DNA of 20,000 nt from an uncultured virus (IMG/VR IMGVR_UViG_3300028384_001589). Lineage: Duplodnaviria; Heunggongvirae; Uroviricota; Caudoviricetes. A model generated the notes under the pieces. It searched no databases, had not been told where the DNA came from, and was given only the letters and a program-made list of their open reading frames with translations. The position numbers were made by a program, and so were the translations under genes. Every line of letters begins with the position of its first letter. Positions within the stretch are counted from its first letter, which is position 1. This document shows, one piece after another, positions 16,514 through 20,000 of this stretch. The stretch lies in the IMG/VR virus record IMGVR_UViG_3300028384_001589. One strand, 5' to 3'.

Positions 16514-16542
16514 AATATAACAAATCTTTGTGAAAAAAGCAA
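16514..16542 (-). promoter_or_regulatory. Sigma70-type promoter driving the candidate ncRNA
   Basis: TTGCTT (16542-16537), a 17-nt spacer ending in TGt, then TATATT (16519-16514): an extended -10 plus -35 with optimal spacing. Confidence 0.65.
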
Positions 16543-16581
16543 TGGTTAGGTTAACCAAAATAGATGTTTTGAATAGTCAAT

Positions 16582-16610
16582 AAAAAAGGGCGACATAAAG
16601 CCGCCCTTTT
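16582..16610 (-). terminator. Rho-independent terminator of the major capsid gene (potentially bidirectional)
   Basis: AAAA-GGGCGGC-UUUAU-GUCGCCC-UUUUUU, 17 nt after the MCP stop. A T-tract is also present on the plus strand. Confidence 0.9.
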
Positions 16611-16627
16611 CGTTTTTGTATAATCTC

Positions 16628-17791
16628 TTATGAGAAAGATACGTTTGCTACAGACACACGTGCCAAGTAGTCAGCCGCATTACCAAGAGATGATGCAGTG
16701 TTGTTTAACTCTACATAACCATATCTTGTCATGAACGAAACTACTGGTTCGAATGTACCTGGATCAAGTACAACACCTGAAGACATTAGCGGAATGTATG
16801 GGCAATAGAATGCCGCCGCATCTGATTCTGATGTTCCTTTGTATCCAACAAGTACGTCTGTTGTGTCAGCCGCATAAGCGTCGACATATACTTTCATTGC
16901 ACCATTTAAAGTACCTACTAATTTAGTATTAGTTGGAGCCTCAAAAGTACCTTCAGTTGTTCTTGCGAACGCTGAAGTTGTTGCAGACTGAAGTACTGTT
17001 AAAGTGTGTGGTGATACCACAGCAAAGTTACCAGCACCACGTCTTGTACGCTGTGCAATTTTGTTAGCCGCTCTGTTAATCATAACAGCAAGTGCCGCGT
17101 GTTCGTCACCGACGAATGTTGCAGTACCTGATACAGCATTTTGATCATACTGTACGTCTGATTCAGCAGTACCAGCAAGGTTTCTTAAAGAAGCAAGAAC
17201 TTCTTGGTCGATTTCAGCAGTAATTTCTTGTGCTAAAGCCGCCATAATTTCTGCCTCAACATCGATACCTTGTTGTGCTTGAGCGTCTTGTGCAGATTCA
17301 AACGTCCAACGAGCACTTAACTTACGTGTCTTCGCTTCGACTGTTTGCTTTAAGATCTGGATTGACATACGCTTTCCTGCTGTACCTTCTAAGGTTGCAG
17401 TAGCATCTGCTTTATCCGTAGATCCGCCACCTGAGTAACCAACACCAATTTGGAATGGTGAAAGTGCCTCTTCGCCTGCTGTTACGTCATCGAATGTATC
17501 CGCATAACGTACTCTTAATGTGTGGATTTGACCCACAGGGCCTGTCATTGGCTGTACACCTACGATTTCATTCGCGATGACAGTTGGCATAACCCTTCTG
17601 ATTACCGGTAGGATAACTCTGTTTAAAGTTGCAACGTTACCTGCTGAAGTAGCCCCTGCTGTTGCTGTCTCTGCCAAATACTTTTTAGTATTTTCAAGAG
17701 TAGCAGACATCACAGACTTCTTGTTGCCTTGTAGGCCTTCAAGTAATGCGCTCTTAGTTTCCTGCCAGCGACTTTCTAATAGTTCTGACAT
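16628..17791 (-). CDS. gp23: Major capsid protein, T4 gp23-like
   Basis: Motifs LPVIRRVMPTVIANEIVGVQPMTGPVGQIHTLR, TVEAKTRKLSARWTFESAQD, YCPYIPL and FEPVVSFMTRYG. Follows protease and scaffold genes. AAGGAG SD. Confidence 0.97.
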   Translation of the reverse strand: MSELLESRWQETKSALLEGLQGNKKSVMSATLENTKKYLAETATAGATSAGNVATLNRVILPVIRRVMPTVIANEIVGVQPMTGPVGQIHTLRVRYADTFDDVTAGEEALSPFQIGVGYSGGGSTDKADATATLEGTAGKRMSIQILKQTVEAKTRKLSARWTFESAQDAQAQQGIDVEAEIMAALAQEITAEIDQEVLASLRNLAGTAESDVQYDQNAVSGTATFVGDEHAALAVMINRAANKIAQRTRRGAGNFAVVSPHTLTVLQSATTSAFARTTEGTFEAPTNTKLVGTLNGAMKVYVDAYAADTTDVLVGYKGTSESDAAAFYCPYIPLMSSGVVLDPGTFEPVVSFMTRYGYVELNNTASSLGNAADYLARVSVANVSFS

Positions 17792-17801
17792 TATTTTCTC
17801 C

Positions 17802-18902
17802 TTATTTTAATCCTGCAAGTCTTCTAATGTCTACAACATTATCAGTTGCAGAATTACTTGCGCCACTAACGTTAGTTTCTTCTTTATTGCCTGTTACTTC
17901 AGTTGCCTCGGTGAGCGTTGCCTTCTTCTTCTCTGGAGTATTACCGTCAATTACGGAAGGTAGATACTTGTCAAACTGTTTTTGAATATTGTCAGTTTGT
18001 ACAGACTCCAGTAAGTCCATCATAATCTCTTTCTGATCTTTGCTCAATGGAGCAGTTAATTCAGAAATGATTTCTTTTCTCTTAGCAGTATCTGCCGCAG
18101 ATTTAATCTCTGCGTCTTTTGATTCAACTAATTTTGCTTTTTCTTCAGCGATTGCTTTAGATTCTGCAAGTTGTTTGTCTTTTAACTCAACTACTTTCAT
18201 TAATTTTGCAGTTTCAGACTTTTCATTTAAGTATGAATGCTGATACTCATCTGCAAACGTTTCAAATAGTTTACGTCCAAAGTCATTTTTACGTGCCGCA
18301 TCAATGTCTTCCTTAAGAGCAGTAATCTCTTTAGAAAGTGTTTTAGCAACAGTTGATTCAACAACTTTAGCGCCTTTCTTAATGAAAGACTCTTTAACAG
18401 TATCTAAGTGTTTTTTCGCTTCGCGAATTAGTCGAACTTTTGTTTCTGCAAGATCTTTTTTATCTTCATGAAACTCTGCAATTTCTTTTGCTAAAGCCTC
18501 TACAACAAATTCCTCAAGTTTGCCAAATTTTTCTGACATTGCTTTTTGGTCTTCGTGTAGTTCAGAAACTTCCTTGCCGAGTTGTGCAACAACAAAGTTT
18601 TTAAGTAGGTCTGCGTTTTCACGCATTGCTACATGGTACTTTGCTCTTGCTTCTGCAAGTTTGGAACGATCGTCTGCAAACTCTGCAATCTCTTCACTTA
18701 ATTTGTCATCAAGCATTTTTTCCACGGCTTCAACCATTACAGCCTTGTCGTGTTCATACTTCTGTGCAAATTCTTCGCGAAGTTCTGCTGTGGCTTGCAT
18801 TTTGTTCTCTTGAACTTTATTGTTCCACGCTTCTTCGATGTCGGCTTTAATCTCTTCCGAAATAGCATTGTTCTCAAAGAGTGATTTCAGTGCTTCCAAC
18901 AT
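17802..18902 (-). CDS. gp22: Prohead core scaffolding protein, T4 gp22-like
   Basis: 366-aa Glu/Lys/Ala-rich coiled-coil protein located between the protease and MCP genes. AAGGAG SD. Confidence 0.85.
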   Translation of the reverse strand: MLEALKSLFENNAISEEIKADIEEAWNNKVQENKMQATAELREEFAQKYEHDKAVMVEAVEKMLDDKLSEEIAEFADDRSKLAEARAKYHVAMRENADLLKNFVVAQLGKEVSELHEDQKAMSEKFGKLEEFVVEALAKEIAEFHEDKKDLAETKVRLIREAKKHLDTVKESFIKKGAKVVESTVAKTLSKEITALKEDIDAARKNDFGRKLFETFADEYQHSYLNEKSETAKLMKVVELKDKQLAESKAIAEEKAKLVESKDAEIKSAADTAKRKEIISELTAPLSKDQKEIMMDLLESVQTDNIQKQFDKYLPSVIDGNTPEKKKATLTEATEVTGNKEETNVSGASNSATDNVVDIRRLAGLK

Positions 18903-18912
18903 CTTGTTCTCC

Positions 18913-19530
18913 TTATTTCAACCCTTGTATAATATTAACAAGTGATTCTTTCAAATACTTCTGTGCCTTTGCATCGCCTTGAACTTCGCGAGCCATATTA
19001 AATGCCTGCATACCGCCTCGGGTATTCATCAAATGCTCGTAAATTGGTGTTGGATATGCACCAGGAGCAGATGGTTGAGCAACAATATCAACTGTGATAA
19101 TTTCGAAATCACTCACATTGTTGTCCTCGTTTACGTTTCCACTACCACGTGATGAGACTCCAAGTTTAACTCCGCTTTCAAGCATTGTTTTAACAAGTTG
19201 TCCCATCGGTGTTGGTAATATTTTTAACTTTCCATAACCGTTAGGTCCATCCATCCACATTTCTTTAATCATGTGGGACACACGGTCAAGGTTAATGTTG
19301 AGTCCTTCTGGGTGATCCACTTCTCCAAGAACTGAATATCCACCGCTGATTTGATCGTTGAGAGTATTGACAGCCCTACTGATTTCATTAACAGGATACA
19401 CACGCTGGTTTGCGTTACGTACTCCGCCTTGGATACAAATACCTTTTAAATGAAGGTCTTTGCCGTCTTCAGTAGATTCCAGAACGATCTGCGCCTGGTC
19501 GAATGTCAAGTTCTCACGTAAGTTAATCAC
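18913..19530 (-). CDS. gp21: Prohead maturation protease, T4 gp21-like
   Basis: Motifs NANQRVYP, LGEVDHP (His), LGVSSRGSG (Ser) and DIVAQPSAPGAY. GTG start with GAGGA SD. Confidence 0.95.
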   Translation of the reverse strand: MINLRENLTFDQAQIVLESTEDGKDLHLKGICIQGGVRNANQRVYPVNEISRAVNTLNDQISGGYSVLGEVDHPEGLNINLDRVSHMIKEMWMDGPNGYGKLKILPTPMGQLVKTMLESGVKLGVSSRGSGNVNEDNNVSDFEIITVDIVAQPSAPGAYPTPIYEHLMNTRGGMQAFNMAREVQGDAKAQKYLKESLVNIIQGLK

Positions 19531-19547
19531 TTATAAATCCTCAACTA

Positions 19548-20000
19548 TTATGAACCAATGATGCTTTTACCATCGGCTCCGCTTTCGCCTGCGCCTTTTT
19601 TCTCAGCGCCGTGGCCTTTGCCGTTGTTAGACATTGACTTAGATGCTTTACCACCTGGTACGTTTACGTTACCTGCATTATCTTCTTTTGCAGACATCGC
19701 TGAACCTTTAGTGTCGCCTTCTCCGCCTTTTGCGATGTTAGCAGTTGTTCCACCCATGTCATTTTTGCCAGCAACTGGTGATTTCGCTTTGTTATCTTCG
19801 CCTTTTGGCTCAGCAACTTTTTCTACGTACTCACGCATTTGCTCTGTGTCCGACTTTTTACCTTCAAAAGCAGGTACTTCGTCTACAGCAAGTTCGGAAG
19901 CAGGCTCAAATGCCTCGTCTTCCTTCTCTTCGTCACCCATGTCGTCCATTGGTGCTTCTGAGTCTTCTTCACCATCGTCGTCGCCTTCTTCCTTATCGCC
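19548..20000 (-). CDS. Acidic low-complexity protein, 5' end outside window; putative prohead core/internal protein
   Basis: The frame is open from 20000 (GDKEEGDDDGEEDSEAPMDDMG...), so the tracked Met at 19949 is internal. It lies upstream of the protease, where T4 has core genes 67/68 (positional inference only). Confidence 0.75.
   Translation of the reverse strand, partial: GDKEEGDDDGEEDSEAPMDDMGDEEKEDEAFEPASELAVDEVPAFEGKKSDTEQMREYVEKVAEPKGEDNKAKSPVAGKNDMGGTTANIAKGGEGDTKGSAMSAKEDNAGNVNVPGGKASKSMSNNGKGHGAEKKGAGESGADGKSIIGS

Noticed and set aside
16199..16558. 119-aa minus-strand ORF (or 93 aa from ATG 16480) spanning the candidate ncRNA
   Set aside because: It crosses a promoter and a strong terminator and overlaps the next gene out of frame. 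Its start context is weak and its composition is unlike the other proteins. Not formally excluded.
1782..18850. All short plus-strand ORFs in the track
   Set aside because: They are antisense shadows of long minus-strand genes, with no recognisable motifs or expression signals.
1..20000. Diversity-generating retroelement, CRISPR array, tRNAs, introns/inteins, stop-codon recoding
   Set aside because: I saw no reverse transcriptase, adenine-specific TR/VR pair, spaced repeats, cloverleafs or interrupted genes. Genes are full length and tightly packed under the standard code. This was checked by eye only.

Overview
The window is an AT-rich segment of a large T4-like (myovirus-type) phage genome, with every credible gene on the minus strand. 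Reading right to left: a truncated acidic prohead-core-like gene, prohead protease (gp21-like), scaffold (gp22-like), and a compact 387-aa major capsid protein (gp23-like) with its terminator. About 15 kb of virion fibre/baseplate genes follow. These include two large paralogous beta-helix fibre proteins (one with a LamG insert), a fibre with a gp9/gp10-type N-terminus ending in a cupredoxin-like domain, small paralogous adaptor-like proteins, and a >1310-aa carbohydrate-binding-repeat protein that runs off the left edge and is missing from the ORF track. T4 late-promoter cores (TAAATA) precede six genes. The most notable unexplained element is a GC-rich, highly foldable ~260-nt non-coding unit right after the capsid gene, with its own sigma70-type promoter and terminator. 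It is a candidate phage structured ncRNA that matches no family I recognise. Two further structured ~100-nt late-gene leaders and an apparent docking-peptide/adaptor pattern among the fibre genes also merit follow-up. All folds were paired by eye and no database searches were run.
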